From assembly GCA_963735805.1 (NCBI GenBank), contig CAVTMK010000003.1, positions 224,001 to 288,000 on the forward strand: a stretch of DNA of 64,000 bases. Reading direction: 5' to 3'. The stretch's first letter is position 1; each line of letters opens with the position of its first letter. Position numbers and translations under genes: made by a program. This stretch comes from an uncultured Verrucomicrobiae bacterium (GTDB lineage: Bacteria > Verrucomicrobiota > Verrucomicrobiia > Chthoniobacterales > UBA10450). The notes beneath the pieces were generated by a model. That model saw only the letters and a program-made list of their open reading frames with translations. It was not told where the DNA came from and did not search any database. This document shows positions 56,130-64,000 of this stretch, piece by piece.

Positions 56130-59100
56130 CTATGCGAGTAGCTCTTCGAGTTCTTCGGTGGTAAGGCCGGCCATGAGCGGTTCCTCGCTGTCGATGGCGG
56201 CGTCGATCGCCGCGCGTTTTTTCTCCTGCAGCCCCAGGATTTTGTCTTCGACTGTGTCGCGGGTGATTAGCTTGTATGCGGTGACGACGCGGGTTTGCCC
56301 GATGCGATGGGCGCGGTCGGTGGCTTGCGCCTCGACCGCAGGATTCCACCAAGGATCGAAATGAATGACGGTGTCGGCGGCGGAGAGATTCAGGCCGACG
56401 CCGCCCGCTTTCAAGCTGATCAGGAAGACTGGAATCGCGGAATCGTTCTGGAAGCGATCCACGATTTCCTGACGCTGTTTGGTCGAGCCGTCGAGATAAC
56501 AGAATGGAATCTCCAGTTTCTCCAGGCGTTCGCGAATCAAGTGCAGCATCGAGACGAACTGGCTAAAAACGAGGACGCGGTGTTCGCCGTCGATCGCTTC
56601 CTCGAGGAGTTCGTCTAGCAGGTCCAGCTTTGCCGAGGTTTCTTTTTTATCGATACCAACGAGGCGCAGATCGCAACAGACCTGGCGCAAACGGAGCAGA
56701 CCAGTGAGCATCTTCATCCTTTGCGCACCGGCGTTCACATTCTTGCCGGAACTGCCGAGACCCTGCTGGATCTCGCGCAGTAGCGCGTCATAGGCGGCGC
56801 GTTGATGACTCGTTAGGCTGCAAGGCACGACCTGTTCGATTTTTTCTGGCAGATCTTTCGCGACGTCGCGTTTCCTTCGGCGAAGCAGGAACGGCTGAAG
56901 CCGGCGCGAGAGCCGGCGTTGCACATCGGGCGCGGAGCCACGCGCGATCGGTAATTCGTAGCGTTCGCGGAAGTCGTTGCGATTTCCAAGATAACCGGGC
57001 AGTGCGAAGTTCGTGATCGACCAGAGATCGCGCACTGAATTTTCCATCGGGGTACCGGTCAGCACGAAGCGATGCTTCGCACGGAGGGCGAACGCGGCTT
57101 GCGCGTTTTGCGTCTCCGGATTTTTGATGTGCTGCGCTTCGTCGAGCACGACGGTCGAGAAATTGATCTCGCGCAGTGTGTCGATGTCGCGTCGCAGAAG
57201 AGCGTAGCTTGTGATTACCATGTCCACGTCCGCAATCGATTTGAAACGCGCGGCCCGATCGCCGCCTTCGAGCACGAGCGTCTTGAGTTCGGGAGTAAAC
57301 TTCCGTGCTTCATTCTCCCAGTTTGTCACCAGCGATGTCGGGCAGACGACGAGTGCCGGGCCCAGGCCCTGGTGTGCGCGGAGAAACGCCAGCGTCTGCA
57401 CTGTTTTACCAAGACCCATCTCGTCGGCGAGGATGCCGCCGAGATTGTTCGCCGCGAGACGCGTGAGCCATTCCCAGCCGACAAGTTGATACTCGCGCAA
57501 TCTTTCCGCGAGCGGACCGAGCTTCGTCTTCGCATCCGGAGACGCGTCTCGGCCAGTGATGAACTTCTTCAGCGCTTCGCGACGATCAGCGACGGCGGAG
57601 CCAAGCTCACGCGCGGTCTGTTCCACGTACCCGGCATGGGCGCGGTTGATGCGGTAAAGCCCGGGCTGCGTCTGCGCCGGATCGCAGTCGCGGATGACTT
57701 GCTCGAAATCCTCCAGGCCAGCGGTGTCGATCACCGCGAGGTGACCATTCTTTAATCGCGTCTGCGATTGCCCGGAGCGAAGCAACCGCTGGATGTCGGC
57801 GTTTGAAAACACTTCGCCACCTGGCGTCGTAAGCGAGTAACGCACCTCGAACCAATCCTGGCCCGAGCCGACGATCTCGAGCTTCGGCGTAACCCGCTCG
57901 ATCTCGCTAGTCCAATTCTGAACCTGCGCGGTGAGAGTAATCTTCCAGTCGCACTTCAGTCTCTGATAATCGTTTGCGAAAAACTGGACAACATTGGGCT
58001 GGCCGTGCAGCACGAAGCCGCCGGCGTCGGTTCGGGCGAACCCAATTTGCTCAAGCCACGCGACCGCCGCGTTCTCTGCGTCGAGATTCCGCATCAGCAC
58101 TCGATCCACGTTCTGTGGATCGCGAAAGACGAATTGATCCTGGGCGTTTGCCAATGCTTTGATTGGCGCCCGGTCCCCGTACATGCACATCAATTCACCC
58201 GTGACGCTGTTGAGCGTGCCGGCCAGCCGCAGCTCGAAGACTGGCCGCGCCGTTGCAATCTCCGGAAGACGAACGCCTTCGCCGGCGCGCACATCGAATG
58301 CATCGCGCAGCCGAGGCAGATCGAATGCGAGGAAAGGTAACGCACGTTCGCCATCGAGCAGTAGAGGCCGCTCCATCAGGCGCGTCGAACCAGCCGGCAA
58401 CGCTTCGCCGCAGCGGACGAACTCGTTGTTCTGCAACAGCCACGCATCGGTCGCGTTCCGAAGAAGCAGAGCATTCGGCGGGAAGTTGCATTTCACCGTG
58501 ATGCTCCCCTCGCCGCGCGACTCGACCAGAAGCTCGGGACGCAGCGCGGCCGAAGAGATGGTCGCCCGAACCGCTTTGCCGAAAGTAACACGTGGATGAT
58601 TCTGCAACGCCGGGAGCAACCCCAGGAACGCGTCGCGTGACAAGATCGCCATCCCGCTCTCGAAGACCGCCGGGACCGCGCGCAAGCTTTCGATCAACAC
58701 GAGATCGGCGGTGTCGACTGCAAACGTATTCTTCTTCGGGAGCGCGGAGACGAGCGTGCGGTTTCGAGAAACTTCCGCTTCGACCACGATCATAATCTGC
58801 TCTCTCTGCCATGCGCCCGCGAAGTTGGGCGGCAGGATCACGTGCAGTGTCGTTAGGGCGGCGTCAGCCGAATCAGCCGCGACGACTTGCGGACCTGCCG
58901 GAGCTTCGGGCGTCGTCGGCTCGTTAGGCGCGGCGACTACAGCGGCCGGCGGATTCAGATAGCCCAGTCCTACCGCGACCGAATGCGCACAAATTTTCCC
59001 CGCCGACCGAGACTCCCAACAACTGCAAAGATTCTCGACGTCGATCGCGCTTTTGATTCGGAGGCCGGAGCGATAATTCTTCGCGCCTTCGCGCACGTAA

Positions 59101-59231
59101 CCGCTTAACAGCGGCGGCTCGTATTTGGCCTCAGAGACGCGGCCGCTTTTTAGCAACTCGCGCGCCGGCTTCATCGCCTGCCATCCCCCTGCATTGAGAA
59201 GGAATTTCTCGGTAATCGGAATATCGCTCAC
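56130..59231 (-). CDS. SWIM Zn-finger + SNF2-family helicase/ATPase
   Basis: CSC..ICAH SWIM; LADEMGLGKT, DEAQ, LTGTPMEN, SLKAGGVGLNL, QATDRAHRIGQ; start trimmed to GTG 59231. Confidence 0.92.
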   Translation of the reverse strand: MSDIPITEKFLLNAGGWQAMKPARELLKSGRVSEAKYEPPLLSGYVREGAKNYRSGLRIKSAIDVENLCSCWESRSAGKICAHSVAVGLGYLNPPAAVVAAPNEPTTPEAPAGPQVVAADSADAALTTLHVILPPNFAGAWQREQIMIVVEAEVSRNRTLVSALPKKNTFAVDTADLVLIESLRAVPAVFESGMAILSRDAFLGLLPALQNHPRVTFGKAVRATISSAALRPELLVESRGEGSITVKCNFPPNALLLRNATDAWLLQNNEFVRCGEALPAGSTRLMERPLLLDGERALPFLAFDLPRLRDAFDVRAGEGVRLPEIATARPVFELRLAGTLNSVTGELMCMYGDRAPIKALANAQDQFVFRDPQNVDRVLMRNLDAENAAVAWLEQIGFARTDAGGFVLHGQPNVVQFFANDYQRLKCDWKITLTAQVQNWTSEIERVTPKLEIVGSGQDWFEVRYSLTTPGGEVFSNADIQRLLRSGQSQTRLKNGHLAVIDTAGLEDFEQVIRDCDPAQTQPGLYRINRAHAGYVEQTARELGSAVADRREALKKFITGRDASPDAKTKLGPLAERLREYQLVGWEWLTRLAANNLGGILADEMGLGKTVQTLAFLRAHQGLGPALVVCPTSLVTNWENEARKFTPELKTLVLEGGDRAARFKSIADVDMVITSYALLRRDIDTLREINFSTVVLDEAQHIKNPETQNAQAAFALRAKHRFVLTGTPMENSVRDLWSITNFALPGYLGNRNDFRERYELPIARGSAPDVQRRLSRRLQPFLLRRRKRDVAKDLPEKIEQVVPCSLTSHQRAAYDALLREIQQGLGSSGKNVNAGAQRMKMLTGLLRLRQVCCDLRLVGIDKKETSAKLDLLDELLEEAIDGEHRVLVFSQFVSMLHLIRERLEKLEIPFCYLDGSTKQRQEIVDRFQNDSAIPVFLISLKAGGVGLNLSAADTVIHFDPWWNPAVEAQATDRAHRIGQTRVVTAYKLITRDTVEDKILGLQEKKRAAIDAAIDSEEPLMAGLTTEELEELLA

Positions 59232-59328
59232 AGGCGAGCAACGTCGCGCATTCTGTGCGTTTGCGAAAATCCGCGAGCAGTTTACCCAAAGCTTGCTCGG
59301 AGTTTTACTCGCCGCGGCGAGCGGCGGG

Positions 59329-59634
59329 CTACTTCGGCCGTGAATTCGCGATCCGCAGCAGCACGTCGGCGTGACATGGCTCATCGAGCGCGCACCAGCA
59401 GGCGAGATCTTTGTCGTGCAGGCAGTGGCGGATGTCGCGCTCGCTGAAATTCTCAGCGAGGTGCTGCTCGTATAACTCGACGGCTTTTTCGGCCGTGAGC
59501 GTTTCGCCGTTCATCAGCTTCGAGCCCACCACGTACGGGTTTCCCCAAACAGTCGGTCGGCCGACGTAGATGGCGTTCGCCGGCATTTTCCAGCCTTTCG
59601 CGCGGCTGCGCTGGATTCGCTTCGGTTTGCTCAT
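59329..59634 (-). CDS. DUF4326 domain protein
   Basis: YVGRPTVWGNPY and DLACWC..CHADVLL signatures. Confidence 0.88.
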   Translation of the reverse strand: MSKPKRIQRSRAKGWKMPANAIYVGRPTVWGNPYVVGSKLMNGETLTAEKAVELYEQHLAENFSERDIRHCLHDKDLACWCALDEPCHADVLLRIANSRPK

Positions 59635-59760
59635 GCGGGCCGTAAATTCTCGCGCCGCTTTTCTGTTTGGTCCATGGAACTTGCCTCAACACAAGGGTAC
59701 TTCGCGAAAATAGCTGAGCAGGGTTCCAACAACGAATGTTAAATAGCCTGCTCGCGAAGG

Positions 59761-59832
59761 GAGCCGCGGGGGACGCGAGCGACATAGATGGGCAAGCCGA
59801 CAGGCCGAAACGAGCGGGAGCGAATGAGTCAA
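59761..59832. repeat. 72-bp dispersed element, copy B, flanked by 11-bp direct repeats
   Basis: Reverse-complement match to 53710-53780; TGCTCGCGAAG at 59749-59759 and 59840-59850. Confidence 0.85.
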
Positions 59833-59871
59833 CGCTCTTTGCTCGCGAAGAATTTCGGAGTTCGGAGTTTA

Positions 59872-60012
59872 GGGTGTGTTGCCCAAAGGCTGCGCTCGGA
59901 ATTCGCCGCTGTAGTCGCCTCGCTGTGTCGAGGCGCGGCCTGTGCGTCTTATCTCGCAAAAGCACGGCGACACAGCGCCGTGGCTACAACAACACATTTG
60001 GGCAACACGCCC
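59872..60012. mobile_element. 141-bp MITE-like element with 16-bp TIRs, TTTA duplication and an internal REP doublet
   Basis: GGGTGTGTTGCCCAAA ... TTTGGGCAACACGCCC (15/16); TTTA at 59868-71 and 60013-16; GTAG hairpins at 59910-59935 and 59963-59988. Confidence 0.75.
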
Positions 60013-60095
60013 TTTAGACACGACCTATTATTTCTTAACTTTTTTAATTTTTGATTGGCTGGCGGCGAGCCGTGTCCGAGACTCGCGAACATTCC

Positions 60096-60590
60096 ATGGC
60101 TATTCGAATCCTCGCCACCGGCGGTACGTTCGACAAGGAATACAACGAGCGGACCGGCCAGCTCTATTTCAAGGACACTCACATTGCCGAGATGCTCCGG
60201 TTAGGAAGGTCGCAGGTGGAAGTATCCATTCGCACTGTCATGATGACCGATAGCCTGGAGATGACCGACGCCGATCGAAATCTCATCGTGCAAAACTGCC
60301 TGCAATCGGCCGAGGATCGCATCGTGATTACGCATGGCACCGACACAATGACGGAAACCGCGGCCGCGCTGGCTGGCGCTGTCACCGGGAAAACAGTCGT
60401 GCTAACCGGAGCGATGATCCCTTACGCCTTTGGCAGTTCCGACGGGCTCTTCAATCTGGGCAGCGCGCTCTCGTTCGTGCAGGCATTGCCTCCCGGAGTT
60501 TACATTGCCATACACGGTCAATGCTTTCCCTGGGACCGCGTCCGGAAAAACCGCGAGCGCGGCGAGTTCGAGGAAATTCCGCAGGGCTAA
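60096..60590 (+). CDS. Single-domain asparaginase-family protein (N-terminal catalytic domain only)
   Basis: ATGGTFDK, DSLEM, THGTDTM, VLTGAM, SDGLFNL; 164 aa. Confidence 0.85.
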   Translation: MAIRILATGGTFDKEYNERTGQLYFKDTHIAEMLRLGRSQVEVSIRTVMMTDSLEMTDADRNLIVQNCLQSAEDRIVITHGTDTMTETAAALAGAVTGKTVVLTGAMIPYAFGSSDGLFNLGSALSFVQALPPGVYIAIHGQCFPWDRVRKNRERGEFEEIPQG

Positions 60591-60793
60591 GCCCTAAAAG
60601 CCAGGTCCATTTGAAATGCTAGTGCAACGCCGGTCCGGGTTGTACTGCATCTCGCTGCGCGCCCTACGAGGCAGGAAAGTGACGAATGATCTGTCAGGGT
60701 TCCGGGTTTCTTTTCGATTAACAATAACCGATAACGAGCGGCTATGCTGCCAGATGTTCAGAAGTGACCCCGGCCCCTACCCGATTTCCGATT

Positions 60794-61882
60794 TCAGCGT
60801 TTCGGTTTCCAGACTTTCAGCTTTTCGCCTGTCGCCCATCCGGCGATGGTTCCGGTGAGAAGCTCCAGGCGTTGTTGTCGCAACGCGAGGTCATGCTTCA
60901 ACTGCCGCTCCACTCGGGACCGCAGATCCTCCGATGGACCTGTGCGTGCAAAGTTCCACGAATCTTCCCGCCTGGCTTCGACCAGGCTTAACTCCAGGGC
61001 GCGGACCGACCGGGTCAATTCGCTAAGAGCCGAGCGCATCTGCGACAGGGTTGTGCTGGCGCCGAACGCGTTCGATAAATCGCTGAGCGCCAGCAAAAGT
61101 TCCATCCGGGCAACGTCACCGGCCGCATACGCTTCCTGGACTTCATGCCAAAGCGAAGAAACGGTGGCATCGCCATCGGCGCGCAAATCGGGATGCAATC
61201 GACGCACCAGCCGCCGATAGATTTCCTTTACCCGCGGATCAATCGTTCCCGGCGGTTCCTCATCGACCGCAGAACGCCGGACATCCTCCGGTCGGGGATC
61301 GGATCGATCCGGCGCGCTTTCCGGCCTAACGAACATATGTGACTTAAAAACTTCAAAGCTGGTCGAATAAGCGTCGTCATCCATCTTGGCCGGGTTCGTG
61401 CCCAGAAATTTTTGCACCCATTCCTGAAACAGAGCTTCCTGCTCGAATTCGCTCAGGTGAGGCGTCGATTGCGATCCGTTAGAGGAAGTCTCTCTGTCTT
61501 CGGCGACGCCGGGATTTTCTCGCCGAAACAGCACCCTCCGATAGGCGCTGTACGGATCCTGGATTTTTCTCCGCATTTCCATCTTCACTTCATGAATCAG
61601 GTTTTGCGCGTCCCGAATCTTATCCTCGACATCCCGCGCGGTGCTAAGCAACGCGCCAAACTCGCGGGCCCGCCAGCGAACGAACGCGGGCTTATCCTGC
61701 CGCTCAAACTGATGCCAGCAAAGTCGCGCTTGTTCCAACCGTGCCATCATGTCGGTGCATTCGCCTGCTGCACTGGCTCGCAGCGGAGCCTGCTCGATCC
61801 AAACAATCTCCAGCCGATCCCTGCCAGGAACTGTCGCCGCCCGTCCGCGAGTAACGCGTTCAGCTAAACGTGCGCGAATCAT
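60794..61882 (-). CDS. J-domain-containing coiled-coil protein
   Basis: VKEIYRRLVRRLHPDL..WHEVQEAY (HPD motif) in the middle of a helical protein. Confidence 0.78.
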   Translation of the reverse strand: MIRARLAERVTRGRAATVPGRDRLEIVWIEQAPLRASAAGECTDMMARLEQARLCWHQFERQDKPAFVRWRAREFGALLSTARDVEDKIRDAQNLIHEVKMEMRRKIQDPYSAYRRVLFRRENPGVAEDRETSSNGSQSTPHLSEFEQEALFQEWVQKFLGTNPAKMDDDAYSTSFEVFKSHMFVRPESAPDRSDPRPEDVRRSAVDEEPPGTIDPRVKEIYRRLVRRLHPDLRADGDATVSSLWHEVQEAYAAGDVARMELLLALSDLSNAFGASTTLSQMRSALSELTRSVRALELSLVEARREDSWNFARTGPSEDLRSRVERQLKHDLALRQQRLELLTGTIAGWATGEKLKVWKPKR

Positions 61883-61989
61883 TCCAGAACTTTACCCCGG
61901 CGATGCCGGTCAACAACAGATGGCCGTCATCGAACCCTGATCAGACTGACCCCAATGCGCGCGAATTTATAGGGACGTCGGGCGCGAAC

Positions 61990-62285
61990 CCTTCGGCTTT
62001 GACGCGGTCATGTTAGCTCGCGCCTGACCAGGTGGAACGCGTTGTCCTCAACGCGTTAGCTAATCATTGCGGCTTTGCCGCCTGATATTTGCACCTTCGG
62101 CGAACCAACTGCCATCGTCTTGCGGACAAGTCCTTCGTCTTTGCCGCGCTCATGCTGGCTCGCGCCTGACCAGGTGGAACGCGTTGTCCTCAACGCGTTA
62201 GCTAATCATTGCGGCATTGCCGCCTGATATTCGCACCTTCGGCGAATCAACTGCCATCGTCCCGCCGCGGCGGGCCGATCCACCT
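61990..62285. repeat. Tandem 142-bp duplication containing a multi-hairpin AGGTGGA...TCCACCT REPIN-like element
   Basis: 61990-62119 matches 62132-62261; core 62016-62119 vs 62158-62261 differs at 3 of 104 positions. Confidence 0.9.
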
Positions 62286-62383
62286 TTCGTACCCATTTTC
62301 CGCGGATTGACTGATGACGTAAAAACGATGATAGCCAATCGCTGAAGCGCGCGGAAAAACAATCTCAGATCAGAACGTCAAAA

Positions 62384-63742
62384 GTGGATTCCTCGAGACA
62401 GAGCGGCGTGCTGGTGTTGCTCGGTGTGTTGTTCACGATCATTCTCGCCGGTCTCGACAACACGATCGTCAGTACGGTCATGCCGGTGGCGTTGCCTGAG
62501 CTTGGCAGTCCCCACCTGTACGCGTGGACGTTTGCGGCTTACATGCTCGCCGCAGCGGTATCGATGCCGATCTGGGGACCGGGATCCGATCGCTGGGGAC
62601 GCCGGCGCACGTATCTCATCGGCATTGTTGCGTTCACGGTCGGGAGCGGGCTCTGCGCCATTGCGCGTACGATGATGGAGTTCATCGGCGCTCGCGCCAT
62701 CCAGGGCATCGGAGCGGGTGCCGTTGCCACGCTTCCGTTTGTTCTGCTCGGAGTAGTTTACCCGCCTAACAAACGCGGCAGGGCATTGGGCGCGGCCAGC
62801 AGCGCGTGGGCGGTCGCGAGTGTAGCCGGACCACTCCTTGGGACGCTGATCGTGACACACGTTTCATGGCGCTGGGCTTTCCTGATCAACGTGCCGATTG
62901 CCATTGTGGCTGGGTTCCTCGTGATCGCCGGAATGCGCGAGAGCATCGGACATAGCGTCGGCCGATTCGATTTTGCCGGCGCGCTTCTCGCCGGCGCCGG
63001 CGGCAGTTGCCTGATGTGGGCGTTTGTCGATCTCGGTGAGGGACAAATTGGACTGATGCAGGCCGCGCTCGTTGGCTCCGGAATCATTCTGCTTGCCACC
63101 TTCGTCTGGCATGAGGGACGAACGCCGCATCCCATTCTGCCGTTGACTTTCTTTCATCATGCCGGCTACGCGTCGTCGATTTCTTCGTCATTCCTCGCCT
63201 TCTTCAGCGGTTTCGGCCTGAGCGCTTACCTGCCACTTGCAACCAACACCGCTTTTCATGACAACCGCGCGTTCGTAGGCCTGGTGGTTGGCGCGTTCAC
63301 CATTGGATGGAGCTCGTTCGCCTTCACTTCTGGGCGGTTAGTCCACCGAATAGGAGAACGGCTTCCGAGTGTGATTGGAATTGTTGTCCATATTCTGGGA
63401 CTTCTCTTTTTCATGGTCGCATTCGAACATGGACTGGGATGGGTCATCGTTGCGGCGCTCACCGCAGGCGCCGGACTGGGACTGCTCTCGCCCGCGCTCA
63501 CGGTCGTGGTGCAGAATAGCGTCCCGGTTACCCGCATGGGTAGCGCGACCACCAGCCAGCAATTTATCCGGCAGATCGGCGCCGCGCTCGGCGTCAGTTC
63601 GTTTGTCCTGGCCGCAACCGTAGGCGGCTTTCGGTTAGGCTTGCTGCTAATGATTGCAGTGAGCGCGGGAACATTTGCGTGCGTGCTCGCGCTGCCAGCG
63701 CACAGCCTCCACGATGCACAAACTGATGCTTTAAGTGACTAA
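62384..63742 (+). CDS. MFS transporter, DHA2/EmrB-like
   Basis: LDNTIVSTVMP, WGPGSDRWGRR motif A, ARAIQGIGAG, GPLLG..WRWAFLINVP. Confidence 0.9.
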   Translation: MDSSRQSGVLVLLGVLFTIILAGLDNTIVSTVMPVALPELGSPHLYAWTFAAYMLAAAVSMPIWGPGSDRWGRRRTYLIGIVAFTVGSGLCAIARTMMEFIGARAIQGIGAGAVATLPFVLLGVVYPPNKRGRALGAASSAWAVASVAGPLLGTLIVTHVSWRWAFLINVPIAIVAGFLVIAGMRESIGHSVGRFDFAGALLAGAGGSCLMWAFVDLGEGQIGLMQAALVGSGIILLATFVWHEGRTPHPILPLTFFHHAGYASSISSSFLAFFSGFGLSAYLPLATNTAFHDNRAFVGLVVGAFTIGWSSFAFTSGRLVHRIGERLPSVIGIVVHILGLLFFMVAFEHGLGWVIVAALTAGAGLGLLSPALTVVVQNSVPVTRMGSATTSQQFIRQIGAALGVSSFVLAATVGGFRLGLLLMIAVSAGTFACVLALPAHSLHDAQTDALSD

Positions 63743-63907
63743 CCGCGAATGAACGCCAATAAACACGAATTATTTCTAAATACCTGACCGGAGAATTCTT
63801 CAACCGCCAACGGCTCAACGTTTCAACGCCCCCAACCCGTTTTCATTGTCCATTCATTTCCCCATAGCTTCCTTACCATTCGCGTTTATTAGCGTACATT
63901 CGCGGTT
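63741..63907. repeat. Inverted repeat built from decamer units
   Basis: AACCGCGAAT-GAACGCCAAT-AAACACGAAT vs ATTCGCGTTT-ATTAGCGTAC-ATTCGCGGTT; 27/30 complementary. Confidence 0.8.
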
Positions 63908-64000
63908 GAATCCTGGTCAAGGCTCGAGTCGTAGCGCCGAGCCGCTGCTCTCAACTGCATTATGGAGGGGCTTCCATGGAGCTTTACGCTCTCAGCGGTT

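Noticed and set aside
59232..59384. N-terminal extension of the SNF2 ORF
   Set aside because: Overlaps the DUF4326 gene and does not look protein-like; GTG 59231 is more plausible.
59800..59832. Hammerhead ribozyme suggested by CGAAAC and ATGAG
   Set aside because: No CUGANGA core or correctly placed stems on either strand, and CGAAAC is not conserved in the other copy.
61990..62285. CRISPR array
   Set aside because: Only two units, repeat over 100 bp, the apparent spacer is itself largely duplicated, and no cas genes are present.
63900..63960. tRNA suggested by GGTTGAATCC
   Set aside because: Lacks the T-loop C, D-arm and acceptor stem; the GGTT belongs to the decamer inverted repeat.

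Overview
Gene-dense, GC-rich bacterial chromosomal segment with about 60 CDS and no rRNA, tRNA, CRISPR array, integrase or intact transposase. Gene content and repeat style suggest a soil Verrucomicrobium such as Chthoniobacterales (inference only). It is mostly accessory metabolism and detoxification: three epoxide-hydrolase-like alpha/beta hydrolases, four cupins, AKR, Zn-ADH, SDRs, a MOSC-FNR-2Fe2S protein and a flavoprotein disulfide reductase. Four signalling modules stand out. (1) A KaiC-like double ATPase, pseudo-receiver/HisKA_3 kinase and NarL regulator, divergent from an AI-2E transporter fused to a GAF domain and an lmo0937-type small protein missed by the ORF track. (2) An ECF sigma and membrane Ser/Thr kinase pair next to a secreted repeat protein. 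(3) An ECF sigma whose anti-sigma carries an extracytoplasmic C..H-x2-C-x3-C domain, divergent from two secreted proteins lacking canonical catalytic residues. (4) A coupled operon of an outer-membrane beta-barrel, an amicyanin-type blue-copper protein and a HAMP/class III adenylate cyclase, the cyclase apparently starting at a CTG that overlaps the upstream TGA. Intergenic DNA holds several palindromic repeat families, including a 141-bp TIR/TSD-bounded MITE carrying a covarying GTAG REP doublet, a 142-bp tandem multi-hairpin duplication, a 71-bp inverted pair and a three-copy 30-38 bp repeat. Four genes are split by +1 frameshifts that look like long-read insertion errors.
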